This document shows, one piece after another, positions 40,473 through 50,791 of a stretch of 64,000 nucleotides of DNA (position 1 is its first letter; each line of letters opens with the position of its first letter). The stretch is from Candidatus Eiseniibacteriota bacterium (GTDB lineage: Bacteria; Eisenbacteria; RBG-16-71-46; SZUA-252). The notes beneath the pieces are model-generated. The model did not search any database and had not been told where the DNA came from. It saw nothing but the letters and a program-made list of their open reading frames with translations. The translations under genes were made by a program, and so were the position numbers. Location of the stretch: NCBI GenBank assembly GCA_963703225.1, contig OY969801.1, positions 1,280,001 through 1,344,000 of the forward strand, written 5' to 3'.

Positions 40473-41492
40473 TTGGCCGCGACCAGGCAAAGTCGACAGC
40501 TGATCCCCGTCGAGGAGCCCACGCTCGAGACAATCCGTGGGCCGGTTCAAGACGCGTTCGAGCGGTTCCAGGAGCGTCTCGACGAGGCGTTCTTCTGTGA
40601 CGTGCGCCTCGTCGGCGCGGTTGGCGCGCACCTCCATCGCGCGTTCGGCAAGCGGTTCCGCCCCACCCTGCTGCTCCTCACGTCCAAGGCTTTCGGTACG
40701 GTAACCGAGGAAGCGCTTCTCGGGGCCGTGGTCGTCGAGCTGATCCACACGGCGACTCTGATCCACGACGACAGCGTGGACAAGAGCCTCGTCCGCCGCA
40801 ATCTCCCGACGGTGAACAGCGCGTGGAACAACGACGTCGCGATTCTCATGGGCGACTATCTCTATTCCAAGGCGTTCTCGATCCTCGTGAGGAGCCGCAT
40901 GTACGGCGCCATGGATCTTCTCGCGGAGGCGACCCACCGGATGAGCCAGGGCGAGCTTCGCCAGATCGAGCAGAAAAATCGCATCGATCTGACCGAAGGC
41001 GAGTACATGCGGGTCATCGAGGAGAAGACGGCGTGTCTCATGGCGGCCGGCTGCGAGCTGGGAGCCCTCGAAGCCGGGGCCGACCGCGAGGCGCAGCGCG
41101 CGCTCGGCCGCTTCGGGCACGCGGTGGGACTCGCGTTCCAGATCACGGACGATCTGTTCGACTATCTCGGAGCCCAGAGCGTGACCGGGAAGGCGATGGG
41201 GAACGATCTCGAGGGGGGCAAGATCACGCTCCCGTTGATCAACGCGCTCCAGAACGCTTCGGAACGCGACCGTCGCGGCATGGTCGAGCTGATCCGGAAT
41301 CAGGAATTTCGGAACGGCCATTGGGCTGACGTGGTCCGATTCGTGACCGAGAACGGCGGCGTTTCCTATAGCCAGGCGCGATCCGACGAGCTGGCCGACC
41401 GGGCCGAGGCGGAGCTGCGCCACGTTCCCGACACGGACGCGCGCGAGTCGCTCCGCGACGCCGTCCGCTACGCGGTCACGCGGCATCGGTGA
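40473..41492 (+). CDS. Polyprenyl diphosphate synthase (IspB/HepT-like)
   Basis: GKRFRP, LIHDDSVD...RR, KTA and FQITDDLFD motifs. Confidence 0.93.
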   Translation: MAATRQSRQLIPVEEPTLETIRGPVQDAFERFQERLDEAFFCDVRLVGAVGAHLHRAFGKRFRPTLLLLTSKAFGTVTEEALLGAVVVELIHTATLIHDDSVDKSLVRRNLPTVNSAWNNDVAILMGDYLYSKAFSILVRSRMYGAMDLLAEATHRMSQGELRQIEQKNRIDLTEGEYMRVIEEKTACLMAAGCELGALEAGADREAQRALGRFGHAVGLAFQITDDLFDYLGAQSVTGKAMGNDLEGGKITLPLINALQNASERDRRGMVELIRNQEFRNGHWADVVRFVTENGGVSYSQARSDELADRAEAELRHVPDTDARESLRDAVRYAVTRHR

Positions 41493-41857
41493 ACGCGCCC
41501 TCCCTGGCCGCCCCCACGCCACACGAGCTCGCGCGCGAAGCCGCCCGCCTCACCCTGACCCGGCGCGCGGAAGACGTCCTGATCCTTGATCTGCGCGAGC
41601 TCGACGGGGTCTGCGACTACTTCGTCCTGGCGACCGGCCACTCGGAGATCCAGGTCCGAGCCATCGCCGACGCCGTCGACATGGGGCTGCGGGAGCGCGG
41701 GCTCAGGCCCTGGCATTCGGAGGGGTTTGAGGCGCGCCGGTGGATCCTCCTCGACTACGTCGACTTCGTGGTGCATGTCTTCCACGCGCGCGCCCGCGAG
41801 TACTACCTCCTCGACAAGCTCTGGGGGGACGCCGTTCGTGAAGTCGTGGCCGATTGA
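41489..41857 (+). CDS. rsfS: Ribosome silencing factor
   Basis: DYFVLATG, WILLDYVDFVVHVF and REYYLLDKLW motifs. Confidence 0.93.
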   Translation: MNAPSLAAPTPHELAREAARLTLTRRAEDVLILDLRELDGVCDYFVLATGHSEIQVRAIADAVDMGLRERGLRPWHSEGFEARRWILLDYVDFVVHVFHARAREYYLLDKLWGDAVREVVAD

Positions 41858-43508
41858 GGCCTACCTGGTCGATCGGCTGAAGGCCGCGATCGGGAAGGCC
41901 GGGTTCGGGCTGCCCGACGGCGTCGCCGTGGAGGTCGAAGTGCCGCGAGAGTCCGGGCGCGGCGACTGGGCGAGTAACATCGCCCTCGCGCTGGCCAAGA
42001 CCGCGCGCCGGCCGCCGCGCGAGGTGGCGCAGGCGCTCGTCGACGCGCTGGACGTGGAGCCCGACGTACTCGCCAAGGTCGAGGTCGCGGGCGCCGGATT
42101 TCTCAACTTCCGCCTCAGCCCCGCGTGGCTCCAGAGCACGCTGCGTCGGATTCTCGATGACCCCGATTCGTACGGGGCGAGCGAGGTGGGCGGCGGGGAG
42201 ACCGTTCTCGTCGAGTACGTGAGCGCGAACCCCACCGGACCTCTCAACGTGGTGAACGCGCGCGCCGCGAGCATCGGGGACACGCTCATCCAGATTCTGA
42301 ACGCCACCGGACACCGCGCCGCGGGGGAGTTCTACTGCAACGACTGGGGACTTCAGGCGGAGCTGTTTGGTGCGTCGATCCGCACCCGCTTCGCCGAGCG
42401 ACTCGGGCTCGAGGCGCCCCCGATCCCGGAGGAAGGGTACGCGGGAACCTACGTCGTCGAGCTCGCGGCCGGCCTCGCGGAGGGCGAAGGGCGCCGGTGG
42501 CTCGCCCTGCCGGAGCGCGAGCAGCGCCGGGCGTTCGGCTCCTGGGGCATCGACCAGATGCTCGAGCGCCAGAAACGCGACCTCACCCGTTTCGGCGCGC
42601 GCATCGACCGCTGGTATCGGGAGAGCGAGCTTCATCGGGGCGGCGCCGTGGAATCGGCGCGCGAGAAATTGAGAAGGGGCGGCGTCCTCGACGAGCGGGA
42701 CGGGGCACTCTGGTTTCGCTCCACCCAATTCGGCGACCAGGAGGACCGGGTGGTGGTCCGGTCGAACGGCGAGCCGACCTACTTTCTCGCCGACGCGGCC
42801 TATCACCACGATAAGTTCACCCGCGGGTATCACCGCCTGATCGACCTGCTGGGGCCCGACCACCACGGGCACATCACCCGGATGGCGGGCGTCCTCGACG
42901 CGCTCGGCTGGCCCAAGGATCGGTTCGAGGTGATCCTGATCCAGTGGGTGCGTCTCCTCCGCGGCGGCGAAGTGGTGAAGATGTCGAAGCGCGCGGGGGA
43001 TTTCGTCACTTTGGACGAGTTGGTCGACGAGGTCGGTGTCGACGCGGCTCGGTTCTTCTTCCTGATGCGTCGGGCGGAGAGCCCCATGGATTTCGACATC
43101 GACCTCGCCCTCAAGCGGACGGAGGACAATCCCGTCTTCTACGTGCAGTACGCCCACGCGCGCATCGCGCATGTGCTCGGCTACGCACGGGAGCAGGGCG
43201 TGGCCGATCCCGATCCGCTCGCCGCGCGGCTGGAGCTCCTGCGCGAGCCGGAAACGGAGGAGCTGATGCGCAGCTTGGCCGGGTTTCCCTCCCTCCTGGC
43301 GGCCGCCGCCCGGAGCAGGGAGCCCCATCGCATCCCTGCTTATCTCAAGGACTTGGCGGCTCGATTTCATTCGTTTTATCACCAGCACCGGGTGGTCACG
43401 GCGGACGCGCCGATGACGGACGCGAGGCTTCTCCTGACCCGCGCGGCGGGGTTGGTCCTGAAGCGCGGCCTTGGACTCTTGGGCGTGAGCGCGCCCGAGG
43501 CGATGTAG
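41838..43508 (+). CDS. argS: Arginine--tRNA ligase
   Basis: GAGFLNF, EYVSANPTGP, DHHGH, KMSKRAG and YVQYAHAR motifs; ends SAPEAM. Confidence 0.96.
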   Translation: MKSWPIEAYLVDRLKAAIGKAGFGLPDGVAVEVEVPRESGRGDWASNIALALAKTARRPPREVAQALVDALDVEPDVLAKVEVAGAGFLNFRLSPAWLQSTLRRILDDPDSYGASEVGGGETVLVEYVSANPTGPLNVVNARAASIGDTLIQILNATGHRAAGEFYCNDWGLQAELFGASIRTRFAERLGLEAPPIPEEGYAGTYVVELAAGLAEGEGRRWLALPEREQRRAFGSWGIDQMLERQKRDLTRFGARIDRWYRESELHRGGAVESAREKLRRGGVLDERDGALWFRSTQFGDQEDRVVVRSNGEPTYFLADAAYHHDKFTRGYHRLIDLLGPDHHGHITRMAGVLDALGWPKDRFEVILIQWVRLLRGGEVVKMSKRAGDFVTLDELVDEVGVDAARFFFLMRRAESPMDFDIDLALKRTEDNPVFYVQYAHARIAHVLGYAREQGVADPDPLAARLELLREPETEELMRSLAGFPSLLAAAARSREPHRIPAYLKDLAARFHSFYHQHRVVTADAPMTDARLLLTRAAGLVLKRGLGLLGVSAPEAM

Positions 43509-43510
43509 CC

Positions 43511-44440
43511 ATGGCGATCGCGGTCGTCGGCTCGATCGGGCTCGATACCATCCAGACCCCGGCCGGCCGCGTGGAGGAAGTCTTGGGGGGGTCGGCCGCC
43601 TACTTCTCGCTCGCCGCCCGCCATTTCCTGCCCGTTTCGCTGGTCGCGGTGGTGGGGCAGGACTTCCCGGCCGAGGCCCGCATGATGCTCGAGCACCCCG
43701 ATCTCGACTTGAGCGGGCTCGAGGTGAGCGAGGGGAAGACCTTTCGCTGGGAGGGCGTCTACAGCGAGGACATGAACACGCGGGAGACCCTGCGCACCGA
43801 GCTGAACGTCTTCGAGCGGTTCAAGCCCAACCTTCTGGAGCGGACCCGCGCGTTGAAGAACATCTTCCTGGCGAACATCGACCCGGTGCTCCAGCGGGAC
43901 GTTTTGGGTCAGCTCCAACAGCCCCAGCTGGTTCTCGCCGATACCATGAACTACTGGATCCAGAGCAAGCGGGAGGAGGTTCTCGAGATCTTGCGTCAGG
44001 TGAGGATGCTCATCATCAACGAGGAAGAGGCCCGCGAGATCACCGGCGAGGCGTTGACGCACAAGGCGGCCCGCGCGATCCTCTCGTTGGGGCCGGAGAC
44101 GGTCGTGGTCAAGCAGGGAGAGCACGGCGCATTTCTCCAGAGCAGCGAAGAGTACTTCAGCTGTCCGGCATTCCCGATCGAATCGGTCGTCGATCCGACC
44201 GGGGCCGGCGATTCGTTCGCCGGGGGATTCGTGGGAGCGTTGGCGCGGATGGGGCGGGTGAGCGATCGAAATCTCCGCCGAGCGGTGGTCTACGGCGCCG
44301 TCCTCGCTTCGTTCACGGTCGAGGGGTTTGGCGTGAGCGGCCTCCTGCGCGCCTCCCGCGACGCGATCCTGAGCCGAGCCCAGGCGATCGCGTCGATGAC
44401 GCGATTCGATCTTTCCGATACCTCGCGCATTCTTCGTTGA
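43511..44440 (+). CDS. PfkB family carbohydrate/nucleoside kinase
   Basis: LGGSAAY, DTMNYWI and VDPTGAGDSFAGG motifs. Confidence 0.92.
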   Translation: MAIAVVGSIGLDTIQTPAGRVEEVLGGSAAYFSLAARHFLPVSLVAVVGQDFPAEARMMLEHPDLDLSGLEVSEGKTFRWEGVYSEDMNTRETLRTELNVFERFKPNLLERTRALKNIFLANIDPVLQRDVLGQLQQPQLVLADTMNYWIQSKREEVLEILRQVRMLIINEEEAREITGEALTHKAARAILSLGPETVVVKQGEHGAFLQSSEEYFSCPAFPIESVVDPTGAGDSFAGGFVGALARMGRVSDRNLRRAVVYGAVLASFTVEGFGVSGLLRASRDAILSRAQAIASMTRFDLSDTSRILR

Positions 44441-44554
44441 CCGCCCATGTTGACGGCGACGAAGCATCGACGCGGAAAGCTCGCGCCGGGTTCGGGCTCC
44501 CGCCGCTGGCCGGCGATCCTGGCGCGGGTTGCATCGGCGGAAGACCCGGCGGCG

Positions 44555-44570
44555 TTGGCACGACCGTTGC
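44555..44570 (+). promoter_or_regulatory. Putative sigma54 (-24/-12) promoter
   Basis: TTGGCACG-ACCG-TTGC, near consensus, 50 nt upstream of the HD-GYP start. Confidence 0.75.
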
Positions 44571-44619
44571 GCCAGGCGCCTCGGTCTCCGCGGTCTACGA
44601 TTCCGCCCGAGGAAATCGC

Positions 44620-45960
44620 GTGAACGCTTCGAGCTCCTTCCAACCTGATCCCAAGCCGTCGGGCGTGCGGGGCCTTGGCGCGCGCGTCCTCTGGTTCGCG
44701 GTTCCCTCGTTTCTCGCCGCGCTGCCGCTCTTGTTGGCCCTCTTCGGGACAGACGAGATCCGCCAGACGCGCTGGGACGTCTGGGGAATCGCCGCGTGGT
44801 TCGCCCTCCTGCTCGCGGCGGAGGCGCTCCCGGTCCCGCTCCCTCGCGGCGGAACGATGACGGTCGCCTCGATCCTCGACATCGGCGCGATCCTCCTCTT
44901 CGGGCCGTGGGTGGCCGGAGCGCTCGATCTGCTCACCGCGCTCCCGGCCCAACTCCTGATCCTCCGGAATCGGCCCGGCGCGTCCGCCCTGAACGCGGGG
45001 CTCTACGCCTCCACGACGGTGGTGGCCGGCTCCGCGTACCTCGCGGCGGGGGGCTCCCTCGGGGTTCCACGGCTGGGGCAGGACCTCCTCCCGGTTCTCC
45101 TCGCGGGGTCGCTCTACTACGCCCTCAATACGGGCTGGGTCAGCCTCATCCTCGGGGCGCGTGCGCGGGAATCGGCGCTCACGATCTGGCGCCAGCACTT
45201 TCGCGACGGGCTGCCGCAGCACGCGCTCTCGCTGGGTTTCGGCCTCCTCTTCGCTCAGGTGCGCGTGGCGGCCGGACTGCCGGGCGTGCTCCTGCTCGCT
45301 CTTCCGCTTCTCTTCGCCCGGTACGCGCTCCGGCTGTACGCCGACCTGAGGGACGATCTGGTGAGCTTCGTTCGCGCGCTCAGCTTCGCGCTCGACGCGG
45401 TCGACCCCTACACGCACGAGCATTCGGTGCGGGTCGCCGACTATTCGGTCCAAGTCGCGCGCCAGATGGGCCTCCATGCAACCGAGGTGGAGACGATCCG
45501 CTACGCGGCGCTCGTGCACGACATTGGAAAGATCGCCCAGCGTCCCGAAGTGATCCGCAAGCCCGAACGGTTGAGCGAAGAGGAGCGGCGGCTGATGATG
45601 CGCCATCCTGAAGCAGGCGCCAGAATCATCGGACAGATACGGGCCTTGAAGGACGCCGCCCACATGGTTCGGACGCACCACTGGCGCCCGGACGGAAAGG
45701 GTTATCCCAGCGGTCTCTCCGAGGCCGACGTCCCGCTCGGGGCGCGGATCATCCACGTCTGCGACGCGTTCGACGCCATGACCTCCGATCGGCCGTATCG
45801 GCAAGGCCTCCCGATGGCGCGTGCGCTGGCCGAGCTTCGACGCCACGCGGGATCCCAATTCGATCGGGAGATCGTGGAGGCGCTGGTGGCGCTCCATGAA
45901 GGAGGCAAAGCGGGTGCGCGCCCGCAGGTCGAAGAGGGCGCCGCCGCGGAGGTGTCATGA
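44620..45960 (+). CDS. Membrane-bound HD-GYP cyclic-dinucleotide phosphodiesterase
   Basis: Multi-TM N-terminus; DPYTHEHSVRV, HDIGK, HHWRPDGKGYP and DAMTSDRPYR motifs. Confidence 0.9.
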   Translation: MNASSSFQPDPKPSGVRGLGARVLWFAVPSFLAALPLLLALFGTDEIRQTRWDVWGIAAWFALLLAAEALPVPLPRGGTMTVASILDIGAILLFGPWVAGALDLLTALPAQLLILRNRPGASALNAGLYASTTVVAGSAYLAAGGSLGVPRLGQDLLPVLLAGSLYYALNTGWVSLILGARARESALTIWRQHFRDGLPQHALSLGFGLLFAQVRVAAGLPGVLLLALPLLFARYALRLYADLRDDLVSFVRALSFALDAVDPYTHEHSVRVADYSVQVARQMGLHATEVETIRYAALVHDIGKIAQRPEVIRKPERLSEEERRLMMRHPEAGARIIGQIRALKDAAHMVRTHHWRPDGKGYPSGLSEADVPLGARIIHVCDAFDAMTSDRPYRQGLPMARALAELRRHAGSQFDREIVEALVALHEGGKAGARPQVEEGAAAEVS

Positions 45961-46976
45961 GCCGGTACGAGGACGCCGGGGTCAACATCCGGAAGGGGCA
46001 GGAAGCGGTCGACCGGATCGCGAAGCTCTGCCGATCGACGTTCGGCCCGGAGGTCGTCGGGGATTTCGGCGGATTCGCGGGAGCCTATCGCGTTCCCGGG
46101 GCGCCGGGGCAGGTCCTCCTCTCGAGCATCGACGGGGTTGGAACCAAGCTCAAGGTGGCCATCCTCTGCAATCGGCACGACACGGTGGGATACGATCTCG
46201 TCTGCCACTCGGCCAACGACATCCTGGTTCACGGAGCGCGGCCGCTCTTCTTCCTGGACTACATCGCCATGGGCGCCCTCGCACCGGACCGCGTGGTGGA
46301 GCTGGTGCAGGGCATCGCCCGGGGGTGCCTCGAGGTCGGCTGCGCGCTGATCGGCGGGGAGACCGCGGAGATGCCGGGACTCTACGCGGTCGGCGATTAC
46401 GATCTCGCCGGGGCGATCGTCGGCATCGCTCCCGAGTCGGAGATCGTCGACGGGCGCGCGATCGCGCCCGGGGACGTCATCCTTGGGCTCCCGAGCGCGG
46501 GGCTTCACACCAACGGCTACTCGCTGGCCCGGTCGATCCTCTTCGATACGCTCCGCCTGGGCGTCGACGATCCCTCCCCCACGGGCGGCGGCACCGTCGG
46601 AGAGATCCTGCTTCAACCCCACCTCTACTACGGGCTCCAGGTGGGGATCGCCCGCCGGGCGGGCGAGGTTCGGGGAATGGCCCACGTTACCGGCGGCGGA
46701 ATCCCGGGAAACCTTGTCCGTGTGCTGCCCGAGGGGACGCGCGCGGAGATCCGCGCGGGCAGCTGGCCCATCCCGGATTTCTTCCTCTTCATGCAAAAGG
46801 CAGGCAAGGTCTCCCGTGCGGAGGCGTTCGAAGTCTGGAATATGGGCTTGGGTCTTCTCCTCGTGGCGCGATCCAAGGACGTAGAGGCGATCGAGCGGGC
46901 GCTCCAGGCCTCCGGTCACGCCTGCCACAGGGTCGGCGAGATCGCGGCCGGCCCTCGGGAGGTAGCGCTGCTGTAG
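45957..46976 (+). CDS. purM: Phosphoribosylformylglycinamidine cyclo-ligase
   Basis: YEDAGV, DGVGTK, GGETAEMPG, GLHTNGYSL and HVTGGG motifs. Confidence 0.97.
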   Translation: MSRYEDAGVNIRKGQEAVDRIAKLCRSTFGPEVVGDFGGFAGAYRVPGAPGQVLLSSIDGVGTKLKVAILCNRHDTVGYDLVCHSANDILVHGARPLFFLDYIAMGALAPDRVVELVQGIARGCLEVGCALIGGETAEMPGLYAVGDYDLAGAIVGIAPESEIVDGRAIAPGDVILGLPSAGLHTNGYSLARSILFDTLRLGVDDPSPTGGGTVGEILLQPHLYYGLQVGIARRAGEVRGMAHVTGGGIPGNLVRVLPEGTRAEIRAGSWPIPDFFLFMQKAGKVSRAEAFEVWNMGLGLLLVARSKDVEAIERALQASGHACHRVGEIAAGPREVALL

Positions 46977-47000
46977 GTCGCGCGGGACGCGGAGGGGGCG

Positions 47001-48119
47001 GTGGGACACGATCTCGAGACGGCGGACTCGGTTTCGATCGACGCGTGCGCGATCTGGATCGAGGAAATGGCGCGGGGCGGTCCGGGCCCGCACGCGGAGT
47101 CGATGGGCCTGGTCGGGCGGAGCCGTTTCGGTCGTCGCGCTGGGCGCGCGCATCATCTCCCTGGCGCCAAGCCAAGCCACCGTCTTCATCCAGGGCGAGA
47201 CCGGCACCGGCAAGGAGCTGATCGCGCGGGCCCTCCACAGCACAGAGTCCGCGGCGCGAGCGGGCCTTCCTCCCGCACAACTTCGCGGCGATTCCCGACT
47301 CGCTCGTCGAGAGCGAGCTCTTTGGGCACGCGCGGGGAGCGTTCACCGGCGCCCACGCCGATCGGCCGGGTCTCTTCGAACTGGCGGACGGCGGGACGCT
47401 GTTCCTGGACGAGATCGGCGACGCGAGCCCGGCGGTGCAGAGTCGACTGCTTCGCGTGCTTCAGGAGGGGGAGGTTCGCCGCGTCGGCGAGGGCCGGGCC
47501 CGGCGCGTCGACGTGCGCGTGGTCGCGGCGACCCACCGGGACCTGGCGCTGGAGATGCGGGCCAGGCGGTTTCGTGCCGACCTCTTCTACCGGCTCCACG
47601 TCCTGACGATCCGGGCGCCGTCCCTGCGCGAGCGGCGCGAGGACATTCCGCTGCTCGCCGCGCACATTCTCGCGCGGAACCCGGGGCCAGCGCCCGGAGG
47701 CGCGACGGATCACCGCGGGACGCGCTCGATCTTCTGTCGAGGCACTCCTGGCCCGGAAACGTTCGCGAGCTGGAGGCCGCTCTGGAGCGGGCCGTGCACG
47801 CGCTCGAGCCCGACGGCACGATCGCAGCCTCATCGCTGGGCGAGGGGTTCGCGCTCTTCGGGGCGCCCCTCGTGCGTGAGCACGAGGAGACCCTGCACGG
47901 GACCGGAAGAGGGAGCTGGAGGCACGCCTCATTCGCGCCGCGATCGCGCGCGCTGGCGGTAACCGCACCCGCGCCGCGCGGGCCCTCGGGCTGAGCCGAC
48001 AGGGACTCTGGAAGAAGATCCGCCGTCTTTCGCGCGACGGCGCCGCGGAGAGAGCGCTCGCGCTCGCGGAGACAGCGGAGATCGCGCCGGCGGAGGACGT
48101 TCCTCCCGAATCGCCTTGA
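47001..48119 (+). pseudogene. Sigma54-dependent activator (AAA+ plus Fis-type HTH), several frameshifts (pseudogene or sequencing errors)
   Basis: Across changing frames: [44 protein letters not shown] and [20 protein letters not shown]. Confidence 0.8.
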
Positions 48120-48143
48120 TTTCGCGACCCTGATCTCTATACT
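48116..48143 (+). promoter_or_regulatory. Putative sigma70 promoter
   Basis: TTGATT-16 nt-TATACT upstream of the Gfo/Idh/MocA gene. Confidence 0.5.
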
Positions 48144-48196
48144 CGCGCGTCGTTCGCATCGATCACTCCATCCGTTCCATTCCGGGAGATCACCGC

Positions 48197-49214
48197 GTGG
48201 CCAAGCGTCCCCTCCGCCTCGGCGTCATCGGCGTCGGCGTCGTCGCCCAAGTGAATCACCTGCCCGCGTTAAAGGGGCGCCGGGACGTGGAAGTGGTCGC
48301 GATCAGCGACGATGACGTCGAGAAGGCGCGCATGGTCGCCCAGCACTTCGGCATCGGCCGCTCGGTCGCCGACTACGAGGCGCTGCTCCGCATGGAAGAG
48401 ATCGACGCGGTGATCATCGCCACGCCCAATCATCTCCACGCGCCGATGACCCAGGCCGCGCTCGGCTACGGGAAGCACGTCCTGTGCGAAAAGCCCCCGG
48501 CCCGGACCTTTGCCGAGGCGGCCCAGATGGCCGACGCCGCGCAGAAGAGCGGCAAGGTCCTCATGTACGCGATGAACAACCGGTTTCGCAGCGACGTGAT
48601 CGTGCTCCGGCGCTATCTCGAGCGCGAAGAGCTCGGCAAGATCTTCTACGCCAAGACGGGATGGCTCCGCCGCCGCTCCGACCGCCGCGGCCCGGTCTGG
48701 TACGAAAACAAGAAGAGCTCGGGGGGCGGTGTGCTCATGGACCTCGGGCGTCCAGATGCTGGACCTGTCGCTCTGGCTCCTGGGAAATCCGAAGGTGGTC
48801 TCCGTCACGGCCGCGAAGTACGTCACCGATCCGAGGAAGGACGTCGAGGACACGGTCGCGGCGTTCCTGGTTCTGGAGGGCGGGGCGTCGCTCACGCTGG
48901 AGGTGAGCTGGGCGGTCCTGCTCGAGAAGAATTTCCCCTATCTCAACCTGTTCGGCACCGACGGCGCGGCGCTCCTGAATCCCTTCCGAATCCACAAGGA
49001 GCTGGGCGGCAACCTTCTCAACGTGACCCCCGCGCTCGAATCGATCAAGAACATCTACAAGCAATCCTACGAGCAGGAGCTTGACCACTTCCTCCGCTGC
49101 ATCACGCAGGGGGAGAAGCCCATGGCCAGCGCCGAGGAAGGGCGGGAGATCATGCGCATCATCGACGCCATCTACCAGTCGGCCGAGGCACGCCGCGAGG
49201 TGCGCCTCCATTAG
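48197..49214 (+). CDS. Gfo/Idh/MocA family oxidoreductase; frameshift near 48748
   Basis: GVIGVG, ATPNHLH, HVLCEKP and GGGVLMDLG, continuing as VQMLDL in ORF 48729..49214. Confidence 0.9.
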
Positions 49215-50781
49215 TCGGTATCGCCGGCCGATTCTCGCGGCCGTATCGGGAGTCCTCCTCAGCCTCTCCTTCCCCTCGGCCGGTCTCTGGCTCCTCGTCT
49301 TCGTCGCCCTGGTGCCCCTCCTCCTCGTGCTGCACGAGGATTCCCCCGGTCCCCGCGATCGCGCCCCCGCTCCTCGAGGCGCGCGCTGGGCGCCGTGGAT
49401 CGCCGGAATCGTGTTCAATATCCTGACCTTCTGGTGGATCGTGCGCCTTCCCGCGAAGGCGATGACCCAGCCTTGGCTTATTTTCCCGGGGCTCTTGGCC
49501 CTGGGTCTCTACCTTGGTCTCTACGTGGCGTGCTTCGGATGGATCGTCCGATTTCTGAGGCGCCGCCTCGGCTGGCCGGTTCTGATCGTGGCCCCCATCG
49601 CGTGGGCCGCGAGCGAATGGGCCAAGTCCTCGGGGACACTCGGCTGTCCCTGGGGGAACGTCGGCTACGCGCTGGCCGAGCATCCCGTGTGGATCCAGGG
49701 CGCTTCGTTGGTGGGAGCGCCCGGGCTGAGCGTCTGGATCGTCACCGTGAATGCTCTCGTGGCCGCCTCGATCGCGACGCGGCGGTGGTGGGCCAGGGTC
49801 GCCTTCGCCGCGCTCGCCGTCGCCGCGACCTGGTTCCCGGTGCAGTGGGGGCAGGCGCGACTGGAAGCCGCTCGGACGCTGCCGCTCGCGCGGGTGGCCC
49901 TGGTGCAGCCCAACGCTTCGAGCGAGGACAAGTGGAACCCCGCTCTCTCGGACTCTGTGGTCGGCGTGCTGGCGCGGATCACGCGCGCCGCGGGCGCGCT
50001 TACGCCGCGGCCCAGCCTGATCATCTGGCCCGAGACGGCGCTGCCGTTTTATCTCCGGCTGGAGCCGCTCAAGCTCAACCGGGTGCTCCTGCTGGTCCGC
50101 GAGGTGGGGTTGCCGGTCCTGGCGGGGTATCCGGATGCGCACCTCTCGACCAGCGGCAGCGTGATGACCCACAACGCCGCGGGGCTCATCCGGCCGGCCG
50201 GAACGTTCGCCGGACAGTACGAGAAGATGCACCTGGTGCCGTTCGGGGAGCGGATCCCATTCCAGAGTCTCCTCCCCTTCCTGGGCAAGATCGACCTGGG
50301 GCAGGCCGAGTGGACGGCCGGTACGCGCCCCGTGGTCTTCTCGGGCGCGGGGCCGGCGTTCGGGGTGATGATCTGCTTCGAATCGATCTTCCCCGACTTG
50401 GCGCGTCGGTACGCGCTGGAGGGGGCGCAGTACCTGGTCAACATCACCAACGACGAGTGGTTCGGGAAGACCGCCGGCCCGGTGCAGCACGCGGAGATGG
50501 CGATCTTCCGCTCCGTCGAAACGGGTCTCTCCACGGCCCGCTGCGCCAACACCGGGATCTCGATGCTGATCGATCCGTACGGCAGGGTGGAGCAGCGGAC
50601 CGGCCTGTTCCGGGAGGCGCTGCTCGCAGGGAACGTCGCGGTCGGAGTCGGGCCGACCTTGTTTCTCCAGTGGGGCGACTGGGTCACGTCGCTTTGCCTC
50701 GGCCTCACGCTGGTCCTCATCGCCGTTGCCTGGTTCCGCCCGATCCAACGGCTGGACGACGCGCTCAAGCCGGGGGTGTGA
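49210..50781 (+). CDS. lnt: Apolipoprotein N-acyltransferase (start codon uncertain)
   Basis: PW, VQPN, IWPETA, KMHLVPFGE, ICFESIF, TNDEWF and ANTGIS motifs. Confidence 0.95.
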   Translation: MSRYRRPILAAVSGVLLSLSFPSAGLWLLVFVALVPLLLVLHEDSPGPRDRAPAPRGARWAPWIAGIVFNILTFWWIVRLPAKAMTQPWLIFPGLLALGLYLGLYVACFGWIVRFLRRRLGWPVLIVAPIAWAASEWAKSSGTLGCPWGNVGYALAEHPVWIQGASLVGAPGLSVWIVTVNALVAASIATRRWWARVAFAALAVAATWFPVQWGQARLEAARTLPLARVALVQPNASSEDKWNPALSDSVVGVLARITRAAGALTPRPSLIIWPETALPFYLRLEPLKLNRVLLLVREVGLPVLAGYPDAHLSTSGSVMTHNAAGLIRPAGTFAGQYEKMHLVPFGERIPFQSLLPFLGKIDLGQAEWTAGTRPVVFSGAGPAFGVMICFESIFPDLARRYALEGAQYLVNITNDEWFGKTAGPVQHAEMAIFRSVETGLSTARCANTGISMLIDPYGRVEQRTGLFREALLAGNVAVGVGPTLFLQWGDWVTSLCLGLTLVLIAVAWFRPIQRLDDALKPGV

Positions 50782-50791
50782 AGCCCGGGCA

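Noticed and set aside
44519..44534. Second sigma54-like element TGGCGCG-GG-TTGCA
   Set aside because: Spacing is 2 nt short of the strict -24/-12 requirement.
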